47,350 nucleotides of DNA, from NCBI GenBank assembly GCA_046759165.1, contig JBHIBS010000013.1, forward strand, positions 1 through 47,350, written 5' to 3'. The translations under genes were made by a program, and so were the position numbers. The notes under the pieces are model-generated. The model was not told the origin of the DNA. It did no database searches and saw only the letters and a list, made by a program, of their open reading frames with translations. This DNA comes from a bacterium (GTDB lineage Bacteria; UBA6262; WVXT01). Positions 39,011 through 47,350 of the stretch are shown piece after piece; the stretch's first letter is position 1; each line of letters starts with the position of its first letter.

Positions 39011-40384
39011 TTACCCCTTGTCGCTTGTCGCCAATCGTTCTCTTATCTTTTTTGCAACTTCCCTGCCTTCTAAAATCGCCTCTTCCATCGTAGAATACTT
39101 CCATCCACCATATCGTCCCACTGAATAAATATTTTTCTCTCTTAGGTACTCCTGAATTATCTCCAAATTTCTATCTCGATTTCGATCGTAAATAACATAA
39201 GCATAGCGTATTTGTATGCACTTACGCACCAAAATTTCATCTTCTCTTTCCAGGATCCCACCCTTTATTAGGTCTTCTTCCGCTTTGGCGATAAGTTTTC
39301 CCTTCTTTTCTCGGTTTATTTCGCCTGGCCTACAGGCGATCTCAACATACACAGAGCTTGTGCCAGGAGGACACATCCCATCTGAAAACTTCTTTGGAAA
39401 GCCGACCCGATAGAAGACATGTTCGTTCTCAGGAAAATACACCCAATGTCCGTGGTCTATATTCTCGCGCTTAACTCCCATATTCAAATTCAACACTGAG
39501 GTATGTCTTAATTTAAGAGCGGCCTTCTTAATCTCTTCTGGCACATTGTCTATTATCTTTAAAATCAATTCTGACAGAGGAACTGTTGAAACCAGAAATT
39601 GGAACTTCTCTTTGAGTTTTCCCCCGTTGAAGTAGGCCGTTTTTTTCCTTATGTTTATCTTGGAAAGGCTTTCGCCCAATTTCAAATTCTTAATCTTCGC
39701 AGCAAATGCATCAGCCAATCTCTGGATCCCGCCTCTTTGGGGATAGTAGAAATAGACATTGTATCCGAAACCTTTTCTCTGCTCTCCCAAAGCTCCGATT
39801 ACTACTTCTTGAACGCTGGGCCAAGGCACGTATTTGGGGTTAACCATTAACCATCCACAGGTTAACTCTCGAGGATGGACTGTCCATATTTTTTGATTAT
39901 AGGGAATCATAAAATGCTTAGCAATACCCTTCCCAAAATTCCGCAGAATCCAATCGTTGAACGATTCTTCGGATGCACCTCTTTCGGAGTGAATAGAACG
40001 GTACTTCGCATCAATGAATCCCAAGACACATTCTTTGACCACTTTCGGCTCTAAACCATGTGTATTTGCCTGAAATGGGTATCTCGTATAGGCCCCTTTT
40101 GAATAGATCCAGGAATCTCTCCTATGGCGCCTGAGATTTTCGTTCAAGAGTTTTTTTACCAATCCTTTTGTATATTCTTTCTTCAGGTGCAGGAGATGTC
40201 CCAAGATGTCGAACGTGAACTCTCCTCCAAATTTAGGGCATCTTACATACTCTGAGCGACATAAGCCTCCGGCCCTTCTCTCCTTCTCATAAACTGAGTA
40301 GTATATTCCTCCCATTTCTTCCAGATGGAAAGCAGTGCTTAATCCGGTCAATCCCGCTCCTATTATTAAGACTTTTCCGGCCAT
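39011..40384 (-). CDS. FAD-dependent oxidoreductase, UDP-galactopyranose mutase/HemY-like
   Basis: GAGLTG, GGLCRS, FDILGH, PYNQKIW, FYYP..GGI, GRYGGWKY. Confidence 0.75.
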   Translation of the reverse strand: MAGKVLIIGAGLTGLSTAFHLEEMGGIYYSVYEKERRAGGLCRSEYVRCPKFGGEFTFDILGHLLHLKKEYTKGLVKKLLNENLRRHRRDSWIYSKGAYTRYPFQANTHGLEPKVVKECVLGFIDAKYRSIHSERGASEESFNDWILRNFGKGIAKHFMIPYNQKIWTVHPRELTCGWLMVNPKYVPWPSVQEVVIGALGEQRKGFGYNVYFYYPQRGGIQRLADAFAAKIKNLKLGESLSKINIRKKTAYFNGGKLKEKFQFLVSTVPLSELILKIIDNVPEEIKKAALKLRHTSVLNLNMGVKRENIDHGHWVYFPENEHVFYRVGFPKKFSDGMCPPGTSSVYVEIACRPGEINREKKGKLIAKAEEDLIKGGILEREDEILVRKCIQIRYAYVIYDRNRDRNLEIIQEYLREKNIYSVGRYGGWKYSTMEEAILEGREVAKKIRERLATSDKG

Positions 40385-41394
40385 CACTCCACCCTGATAT
40401 AAATCAAACGAGTCGCGAAAAGGATAGCAAAAGCGATAATCGCTGCATATATAATCACTGCAAGCTCAAATTTAACTACTGTAATCAAAAATGCTGTAAC
40501 TCCCAATATTATTGAAAGATAGTAATTAATAAGAACAACTTTCTTCCTATCGTAACCCATTGCTTCCAGCCTGAAGGCAAAATGGTCACGACTTCCAGCA
40601 AATATCGACTTCCCCTTAAGTATCCGGGAAAATATGACCAACAATGTATCATAGATTGGGATCCCTAAGACTAGAAACGGAGCGAATAGTCCAATATTAT
40701 TTATTGTTGTGTAACTTTCCCCCATTGAGACAGCAGCCAGAATGAACCCGATAAACAGGCTCCCAGAATCGCCCATAAATATCTTGGCTGGTTGCCAGTT
40801 ATATCTTAAGAAACCGAGGCAACTTCCAGCCAGAGCTAATGCAGCAAAGTTGACATAAATCTTTTCAGTGGGTAAAGCAATGAAGGAAAAAGCTAGACCC
40901 GCAATCACTGCCACTCCCGCAGCCAAACCATCCATTATATCAATAATGTTAATTGCATTAGTTATGCCCACTACCCAGAAAATGGTTAGAAAAATGGCCA
41001 GGGGAAGATTGGAAATAAATTCTATTCTGATATTGTAGATAATCAGGATGAGGCTAGCAATGAACTGTCCAAAGAATTTTACCCTGTAGTCGAGCCTCCA
41101 TATGTCATCGATAAGTCCTAAGACCATTATCAAAGTTCCTCCATAGAAGATACCACGGAGGTTGCGAAGAGTCCCCGAAGGAAAATGGCTAAATAGCCTG
41201 ACTCCCAAGAGAGTAACAATAAAAGCCAACCAGATAGCTAACCCTCCTAAATAAGGGACTGGTTTTGAATGAATTTTTATATTTGGGACCGGATGGTCGA
41301 GAATTTCAAACTTGACTGCTATTTTCCGGAATATAGGAGTCAAAGCATACGCTAGAGCCAGAGCAAAGAAAAATGCCGCTACATAGGAAACCAT
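40384..41394 (-). CDS. WecA/TagO-type polyprenyl-phosphate GlcNAc-1-P transferase (MraY family)
   Basis: H..PVPYLGG, GLIDD, NAINIIDIMDGL, N..PAKIFMGDSGS, DHF..RL. Confidence 0.92.
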   Translation of the reverse strand: MVSYVAAFFFALALAYALTPIFRKIAVKFEILDHPVPNIKIHSKPVPYLGGLAIWLAFIVTLLGVRLFSHFPSGTLRNLRGIFYGGTLIMVLGLIDDIWRLDYRVKFFGQFIASLILIIYNIRIEFISNLPLAIFLTIFWVVGITNAINIIDIMDGLAAGVAVIAGLAFSFIALPTEKIYVNFAALALAGSCLGFLRYNWQPAKIFMGDSGSLFIGFILAAVSMGESYTTINNIGLFAPFLVLGIPIYDTLLVIFSRILKGKSIFAGSRDHFAFRLEAMGYDRKKVVLINYYLSIILGVTAFLITVVKFELAVIIYAAIIAFAILFATRLIYIRVE

Positions 41395-41396
41395 AG

Positions 41397-42419
41397 CTAT
41401 CTCCCCAGGTATCTATCTAAATACTTAATCCTGTTACGTGCAACATCAGTCCATATGCTTTCAGGATAATTCGTTGAAATCAAACTGTAGGCATCTTTTG
41501 CTTCTTGCCAATTCCTCAATTCCTCAAAACACTGACCTATATAGAATTGGGCGTAGTCGGAATAGCCATATTGGGTGTAATCTCTTATGAATTTCCTGTA
41601 GGCTTCAATTGCCTCTTGCCACTTTTCCAGTTTACGACAACATTCGGCAGTCTTAAATTGGGCATTGGCCGCAAATCTATTTTGCGGAAACCTCTGGATA
41701 AGATTCTGATATTCATCCATTGCCTTCCTGTAATCTTTAAGCTTAAAGTGATATATGTCACCCAAGAAATATAAGGCCTCAATGGACAGTCCTGATTTGG
41801 GATATTCTGCAATGATATTAAGCAACCTTTGGATGCTCTGTTTATATTTTCCCTGTTCAAAATATTTCTCTGCAAGAATATAATTATTTAATGCCTCCGG
41901 ATATTCGAGATTATTTCTAACGAGCTCGACCCTCTCCTTGGCAATGGTTACCCATTTAGATTGAGGGTATCTATCGAGTAACTCTTGATATACATCGCAG
42001 ACTTTCTGATGAGCGAACTTCTCAAAGAAGAGAACATTTCCCAACCTGAATAGACTCTCTTCGTGAAAAGGGTAATCCGAAAATTCCCTCCCTATCCCTG
42101 TATAGCAATCAATTGCTTTCTCAAGGTAATCTTTATTGCGATAGGGATTATTATGGTAAAATTGAGCCAGAAGCCACTTGCCCCAGGCTTTCACATCCTT
42201 ATCCTTAGTCATCCTGATACATCCCTCATATTCAGAAACCAGGTACCTTCTGTCCACTCCTTTCTCTTTAGAGAGAGGTTTGATCCTTCTCCTTATCCTC
42301 TCTTCCACTTTCCTATACCTCTTTTTCCTAGAAAGCGAGTCTGACAGTCTTTTTAACAAGCTGTATAATATGATGGAAATGCTAACCACTACAATGGCAA
42401 TTATTAACTTAATAATCAT
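41397..42419 (-). CDS. Membrane-anchored TPR protein (BamD/CpoB-like repeats)
   Basis: N-terminal TM helix; repeated Y..L...YP.S...A.Y/F..G units. Confidence 0.8.
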   Translation of the reverse strand: MIIKLIIAIVVVSISIILYSLLKRLSDSLSRKKRYRKVEERIRRRIKPLSKEKGVDRRYLVSEYEGCIRMTKDKDVKAWGKWLLAQFYHNNPYRNKDYLEKAIDCYTGIGREFSDYPFHEESLFRLGNVLFFEKFAHQKVCDVYQELLDRYPQSKWVTIAKERVELVRNNLEYPEALNNYILAEKYFEQGKYKQSIQRLLNIIAEYPKSGLSIEALYFLGDIYHFKLKDYRKAMDEYQNLIQRFPQNRFAANAQFKTAECCRKLEKWQEAIEAYRKFIRDYTQYGYSDYAQFYIGQCFEELRNWQEAKDAYSLISTNYPESIWTDVARNRIKYLDRYLGR

Positions 42420-42467
42420 CTTTCTTTTGATTACCCTCCTTTCAGAAAGCCTCGAGCCTTCCGGAAT

Positions 42468-43406
42468 TTAGGAAAGAGCATCTCTAAGCCATTGAACAGT
42501 CTTTTCCAGACCGGTATCGAACCCGATCTCAGGTGAATAATGAAGAGTCTTCTGAGCCTGAGAGATATCTGCCAAAGAATGTCTCACATCACCTTTTCTT
42601 GGACTCTGATAAGTAGGCTCTATTCCGATTTGGAGAATCCCATTCAGTCTCTGCACCAATTCATTTATAGTAACGCTCTTACCGCAAGCAATATTGAAGA
42701 CTCCTCCAGATGCCCCTTTTGCTTTGCATGCTTCTAAATTTGCTTCTACCACATTATCTATAAAAGTGAAATCTCTCGATTGCTCGCCATCACCATAAAT
42801 AGGGGGTGATTCCCCTCTCAACATGAGCGTGATGAATTTGGGAATGACTGCTGCATATTGCGAACCGGGATCCTGCCTAGGACCAAAAACATTAAAGTAA
42901 CGGAGACAGACTATCTCCAGTCCATAACTGGAATAGTATATCCGACAATACTCTTCTCCAATCAACTTAGTGACGGCATAGGGAGACTGAGGACCGGTTT
43001 TCATTCCTTCTTTTTTAGGTAAAGTTGGAGTATCTCCGTAAACCGAGGATGAAGAAGCATAAACCACTCTCTTGACTCCCACCTGAAGCGCCACTAATAG
43101 GACATTCAATGTTCCCAGAATGTTAACTCTAGTAGTGGTGAGAGGATCTTTTATTGACCTCTCTACAGAGGGCAGAGCTCCCTGGTGAAGGACAAAATCG
43201 ACTCCAACCATTGCCCTCCTGACTATTTCCAAATCCCTGAGGTCTCCTTCAATGAGCTCGATACCATCTTTAAACTTAACAATATTTTCTCTCTTACCTG
43301 TAGAGAAATTATCCAGTATTCTGACTTTCTCCCCCCTTTTAACCAGTTCTTCAGAAATATTTGAGCCAATAAAACCAGCCCCTCCAGTCACTAAATATAA
43401 TGCCAA
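42468..43406 (-). CDS. UDP-N-acetylhexosamine C4 epimerase (WbpP/TviC-like SDR)
   Basis: TGGAGFIG, HQGALPSV.RSI.DP, SPYAVTK, RYFNVFGPRQDP.SQYAAVIP. Confidence 0.88.
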   Translation of the reverse strand: MALYLVTGGAGFIGSNISEELVKRGEKVRILDNFSTGKRENIVKFKDGIELIEGDLRDLEIVRRAMVGVDFVLHQGALPSVERSIKDPLTTTRVNILGTLNVLLVALQVGVKRVVYASSSSVYGDTPTLPKKEGMKTGPQSPYAVTKLIGEEYCRIYYSSYGLEIVCLRYFNVFGPRQDPGSQYAAVIPKFITLMLRGESPPIYGDGEQSRDFTFIDNVVEANLEACKAKGASGGVFNIACGKSVTINELVQRLNGILQIGIEPTYQSPRKGDVRHSLADISQAQKTLHYSPEIGFDTGLEKTVQWLRDALS

Positions 43407-43433
43407 TCCTCGCTCCTTTCCTTCTGTTGGTTA

Positions 43434-44717
43434 TCATAATTTTATTATCTTCTTACTTTTTATTTCTTTAGTTGCATTTCTGGAATCGATAATGAGCTTT
43501 GCGTTTTCTACAATCTCCTTATAGTCATAGTCGCTGTGAGCAGTGGTAATTACCACGCAATCGGCATTTCTTAAAGAACTCCTTGTCAGGCGAATCGATT
43601 TCAGTCTCTCTACTTGAGGCACATAAGGGTCGTTATATACGACCTTTCCTCCTCTCTCTTTGAGAAGCCTCATAACGTCCAAAGCTGGTGATTCCCGGAT
43701 GTCCGAGACATTACTCTTGTAGGCTACCCCTAAGATGAGGATTTTAGATCCATTTATGCTTTTCTTTCTCTCATTCAGTGCAGCATCAATCTTACCGACC
43801 AGAAACTCAGGCATTTTACTGTTTATTTCACCAGCCAGTTCAATAAAACGGGCATAAAAGTTTAAAGCTTTCAGTTTCCAGGAAAGATAGTGGGGATCTA
43901 CAGGCACGCAGTGGCCTCCTAGACCAGGGCCTGGATAGAAAGGCATAAAACCGAATGACTTTGTGGCAGCCGCGTCTATCACCTCCCAGGTATCCAATTT
44001 CAGCCTGTCGCAGATAAGGGCGATCTCATTAACCAATCCCACGTTGACAATGCGAAAGGTATTCTCCAGAAGTTTTACCATCTCTGCAGATTCCGTTGAA
44101 GAGACGGGAACCACCTCATCAATTATCTGTTCATAGAGAGTAACAGCAATACTGGTGCATTTCTTTGTGATCCCACTTACAATTTTGGGTGTATTCTTTA
44201 TAGTGTAAATCTTATTACTAGGATCTATACGTTCTGGCGAGAAAGCCAGAAAGAAGTCCCTTCCTGCTTGAAGATTTCCTGCTTCCAATCGGGGGAGAAT
44301 CACTTCTCTCGTTGTGCCTGGATAGGTTGTGCTTTCAAGTATAACGAGCTCTTCCGGGTGCAAATATTTAGCGACTTCTTCAACGGCGGAAATAATATAA
44401 GAGATATCAGGGTCTCTAGTCTTACGCAAAGGAGTTGGGACGCAAATGCTCACTGCATCGACTCCTTTCAATACACTGAAATCCGAAGTTGCTTCCAATT
44501 TTTTATTCTTTACCAACTTTTGAAGTTCTCCTTCCGGGATATCTTTAATATAGCATTTTCCTCGGTTAACCATATCTGTTTTATCTCTGTTAGTTTCAAC
44601 GCCTTTAACGTGAAAACCTGCTTTCCCAAACTCCACTGCCAGTGGTAGTCCTACATATCCTAACCCAATAACACCGATTTTAGCCTTGTGTTGAACAATT
44701 TTCTCCTTCAATCCCAT
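43434..44717 (-). CDS. UDP-N-acetylhexosamine 6-dehydrogenase (WbpA/TviB-like)
   Basis: GLGYVGLPLA, ICVPTP, ESTTYPGTT, KLLENTFR, GPGLGGHC. Confidence 0.92.
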   Translation of the reverse strand: MGLKEKIVQHKAKIGVIGLGYVGLPLAVEFGKAGFHVKGVETNRDKTDMVNRGKCYIKDIPEGELQKLVKNKKLEATSDFSVLKGVDAVSICVPTPLRKTRDPDISYIISAVEEVAKYLHPEELVILESTTYPGTTREVILPRLEAGNLQAGRDFFLAFSPERIDPSNKIYTIKNTPKIVSGITKKCTSIAVTLYEQIIDEVVPVSSTESAEMVKLLENTFRIVNVGLVNEIALICDRLKLDTWEVIDAAATKSFGFMPFYPGPGLGGHCVPVDPHYLSWKLKALNFYARFIELAGEINSKMPEFLVGKIDAALNERKKSINGSKILILGVAYKSNVSDIRESPALDVMRLLKERGGKVVYNDPYVPQVERLKSIRLTRSSLRNADCVVITTAHSDYDYKEIVENAKLIIDSRNATKEIKSKKIIKL

Positions 44718-46220
44718 TTATCTTCCTCCTGGAGGGAACATTTTCTTAACCGTTTCACAAGCCAAAGCGATGAAAAACTTTGGCTGTTTAAAGAATCGCT
44801 TTACCACTCTCTCATAAAAAGCAGATGGGCTCCTGAAGAAGAGTTCTAAGCGAGAAATAAAGTTAACCTTGGAGACCATCTTCTCTACTTCTTTAGCAGT
44901 AAACTGAGGGGTATCAATTTGACCTCTGCGAGACCTGATGGCTTTAAAGTTAAAATTTGGCCTGAGATAGTTTTCTCTTTGGCAAATTTCATAGAGACGC
45001 GTACCTGGATGTGGAGTAGCAAGGGTAATACTCAAGTTATCTACTTTCAAATTTAGGGCAAAGCTCAAAGTCTTTTCCATCTGCTCTTTCGTCTCTCCAG
45101 GAAAACCCACCACAAAAAACGCATCTACAGCCATCCCCAATTTCCTACAGAAATTGATTACGGGCTTTACCTTTTTGAGGTTCAAGGGTTTCTGAATGAT
45201 ACGGTGCAGAACATAATCATCCCCAGACTCTATGCCAAGACTTATCTTATAGCACCCGCTTTCCCTCATTTTCCTCAGCAATTCTTCATCAAGGGTCCAA
45301 ATTGCAACCCCGTTTGGAGTAGTCCACAACAGGTTAAGTTTTCTTTTAATCATTTCGTCGAAAATCCGAAAAGCCCTCACTTTATCGAATGTCAGGTTGT
45401 CGTCATAGAATTGTAATTCTTTTACTCCGTACTTTCTTACCACATATTCTATCTCGTTTATCACATTTTCTGGCGTACGGGTTCTATATTTTCTACCCCA
45501 AATCGTATGGATGGAACAGAAAATACAATTAGCAGGGCAGCCTCTCGATGTGGAAAGGCAAGTATTCGGTATTCTGCGAGCTGTAGTTCCCATTGGACTA
45601 TTTATTTTAAAATATTTTTCCATTGAAAGCAAATGTCTCGCTGGAAAAGGAAGTCTATTCAGGTCTTGAATATAATTCGTCTTCGGTAAAACTCTTACAC
45701 TTCCATTTTTTCTGAAGGCCAATCCATCCAGCGCTGAAAACTCCCTTCCGGTCTCTAACGCCTTAAGTAAGCCCCGGGTAGTATACTCCCCCTCCCCAAT
45801 CATAGCGAAGTCAACATTGTCATCCTCCATGACTAACTCCGGAAGGGCCGAAGGATGTGCTCCACCAAACAGTGTAATTATATTTGGGTTTACTTCCTTG
45901 GCAAGCTTGACAACTTTATGAGAATTTTCAGCCTGAGTAGAAAAAAGACAAGAAACTCCCACAACATCAGGGACAAATTCTTCTATTTCCCTTTTTATTT
46001 CATCGAAATGTAGACCATATCTCTTGAAATCCCTGTCGATAACTTCTTCTTTTTCGTAACCCTCTACAACAGCATCCAGTATCTTCACCTCATAGTTTTT
46101 CTCTAAAACAGCAGCCAAATAGGCCAAGCCCAGTGGAGGCTGCGCGCCCTTGGGTTCGATGCTTAAAATGTCATAAGGCGGCTGGATCAGTAATATTTTC
46201 TTTATCTTTCTGGAAACCAA
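44718..46220 (-). CDS. Cobalamin-binding (class B) radical SAM protein
   Basis: PPLGLAYLAA, GGAHPS, GEGE, SRGCPANCIFC, DDN, GIESG, GFPGET. Confidence 0.92.
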   Translation of the reverse strand: MVSRKIKKILLIQPPYDILSIEPKGAQPPLGLAYLAAVLEKNYEVKILDAVVEGYEKEEVIDRDFKRYGLHFDEIKREIEEFVPDVVGVSCLFSTQAENSHKVVKLAKEVNPNIITLFGGAHPSALPELVMEDDNVDFAMIGEGEYTTRGLLKALETGREFSALDGLAFRKNGSVRVLPKTNYIQDLNRLPFPARHLLSMEKYFKINSPMGTTARRIPNTCLSTSRGCPANCIFCSIHTIWGRKYRTRTPENVINEIEYVVRKYGVKELQFYDDNLTFDKVRAFRIFDEMIKRKLNLLWTTPNGVAIWTLDEELLRKMRESGCYKISLGIESGDDYVLHRIIQKPLNLKKVKPVINFCRKLGMAVDAFFVVGFPGETKEQMEKTLSFALNLKVDNLSITLATPHPGTRLYEICQRENYLRPNFNFKAIRSRRGQIDTPQFTAKEVEKMVSKVNFISRLELFFRSPSAFYERVVKRFFKQPKFFIALACETVKKMFPPGGR

Positions 46221-47350
46221 GATTTATTACCTCTTTTTTCTCCTCTTTTCTTCTCAATTAATTCCTCATAAAGTCTTCCGGTTTCACTTACCACTCTTTC
46301 TATTGTAAATTTCTCCTCTATCCGTCTTCTTCCCGCACCACCCATTTGTTTCCTTAAATTATCATCCTTTAATAATATTAGTATCCGCTCAGCCAGACTC
46401 TCCGAATCCCGGGGCCGTACCAGAAATCCCGTAACTCCATCAACAATCACTTCAGGATTTCCCACCACATTAGTTGTAACCACCGGCTTGGCCATTACCA
46501 TTGCTTCCAAAATCACCATAGATAATCCTTCCCAGAGTGTAGCCAGGGCAAAGATATCGAACAGAGCCAAGACACGAAGGACATCTCTCCTGTAGCCAGT
46601 AAAGGTAATATGCTCCTTCAATCCCAAATTAAATGCCGACTTGACTAACTCTTCACGTTGAGGCCCGTCTCCCACAATAAGAAAGTGCACCTCAGGATAT
46701 TCTCTTATTATAATCCTTGCAGCATTTAAAAGATATTGGTGTCCCTTCTCCTTCGCCAATCGACTCACCACACCTACGATAGCCACATTAGGCTTTAAAC
46801 CAAGTTCCTCTCTTTCTATTGGCGTCACTTTCGCTTCAATAAGGCCGATTCCGTTACGGATGGTCACTATCTTCTTAGGATCTATATGGGCTTTTTGAAT
46901 GATATAAATCCTTATGGCATCCGAGACTGCAGTGAACTTATCTACCAAAGGTGAAGTCAGCTTCTCAAGAAACAGAGGACACTTCCTAGTCACCTCTATA
47001 CCTTGCATAGAAGAGATCACCACTGGCACTCTAGCCAATTTTGCAGCTATACGGCACAATATATTTGCACGGAATAGGTAAGAGTGGATAATATCAATCT
47101 TTTTATTCTTCATCAAGTAAAATAATTTGATAACTGCCCTAAAGCTGTCAAGAAGAATCAAAAAACCGGGACCTCTCGGCATATTCAAATATTCCACCTT
47201 GATACCCCTTTCTTTCAATTCATTTGACAAGGCCGCCTGGCCTTTTAGGCAACAAACTGAAAGATTGTACCTGGCTTTATCGAACAATGGAAGGAACTGA
47301 ACAAACATCTTTTCCGTACCCCCCACAGTCAAACCAGGAACAACTTGCAA
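46202..47350 (-). CDS. Glycosyltransferase family 4, 5' end probably just outside the window
   Basis: GGTE, SRLAKEKG, VGDGP, WEGL..VILEAM...KPVV. Confidence 0.92.
   Translation of the reverse strand: MQVVPGLTVGGTEKMFVQFLPLFDKARYNLSVCCLKGQAALSNELKERGIKVEYLNMPRGPGFLILLDSFRAVIKLFYLMKNKKIDIIHSYLFRANILCRIAAKLARVPVVISSMQGIEVTRKCPLFLEKLTSPLVDKFTAVSDAIRIYIIQKAHIDPKKIVTIRNGIGLIEAKVTPIEREELGLKPNVAIVGVVSRLAKEKGHQYLLNAARIIIREYPEVHFLIVGDGPQREELVKSAFNLGLKEHITFTGYRRDVLRVLALFDIFALATLWEGLSMVILEAMVMAKPVVTTNVVGNPEVIVDGVTGFLVRPRDSESLAERILILLKDDNLRKQMGGAGRRRIEEKFTIERVVSETGRLYEELIEKKRGEKRGNKSWFPER

Noticed and set aside
39011-40384. Protoporphyrinogen oxidase (hemY)
   Set aside because: Embedded in a glycan cluster with no heme genes; motifs fit the mutase-like branch better.

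Overview
Core chromosomal segment of a probably anaerobic bacterium. Every credible gene (about 45) is on the minus strand. In transcription order (right to left): a surface-glycan cluster (two GT4s, B12 radical SAM, nucleotide-sugar dehydrogenase, two epimerases, TPR protein, WecA/TagO, UGM-like flavoprotein); a LeuC/LeuD-type hydro-lyase pair with an NADP-type isocitrate dehydrogenase; ndk; electron-bifurcating NfnAB; rpmF-plsX-fabH-fabD-fabG-acpP-fabF-rnc, followed directly by an acyl-CoA dehydrogenase/EtfB/ferredoxin-EtfA module; smc; a decayed WecG/TagA pseudogene; a metallophosphoesterase; an FMN riboswitch with ribD-ribE-ribBA-ribH-nusB-ligA; DUF362, Mut7-C, recX, MFS, a bifunctional IPCT/DIPPS, WrbA-like, HIT, TPR, a CsgG-like lipoprotein and alaS (truncated). 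Best candidate for a new system: the fab cluster has no enoyl-ACP reductase gene but carries a Bcd/Etf-type bifurcating module and sits next to NfnAB, suggesting an electron-bifurcating enoyl reduction step in fatty-acid synthesis (a hypothesis; a reductase could lie elsewhere in the genome). Intergenic spacers hold many palindromic repeats, including two diverged ~175 bp MITE-like elements with covarying stems. No tRNA, rRNA, CRISPR array or transposase was seen. Family calls come from motif recognition, not database searches.
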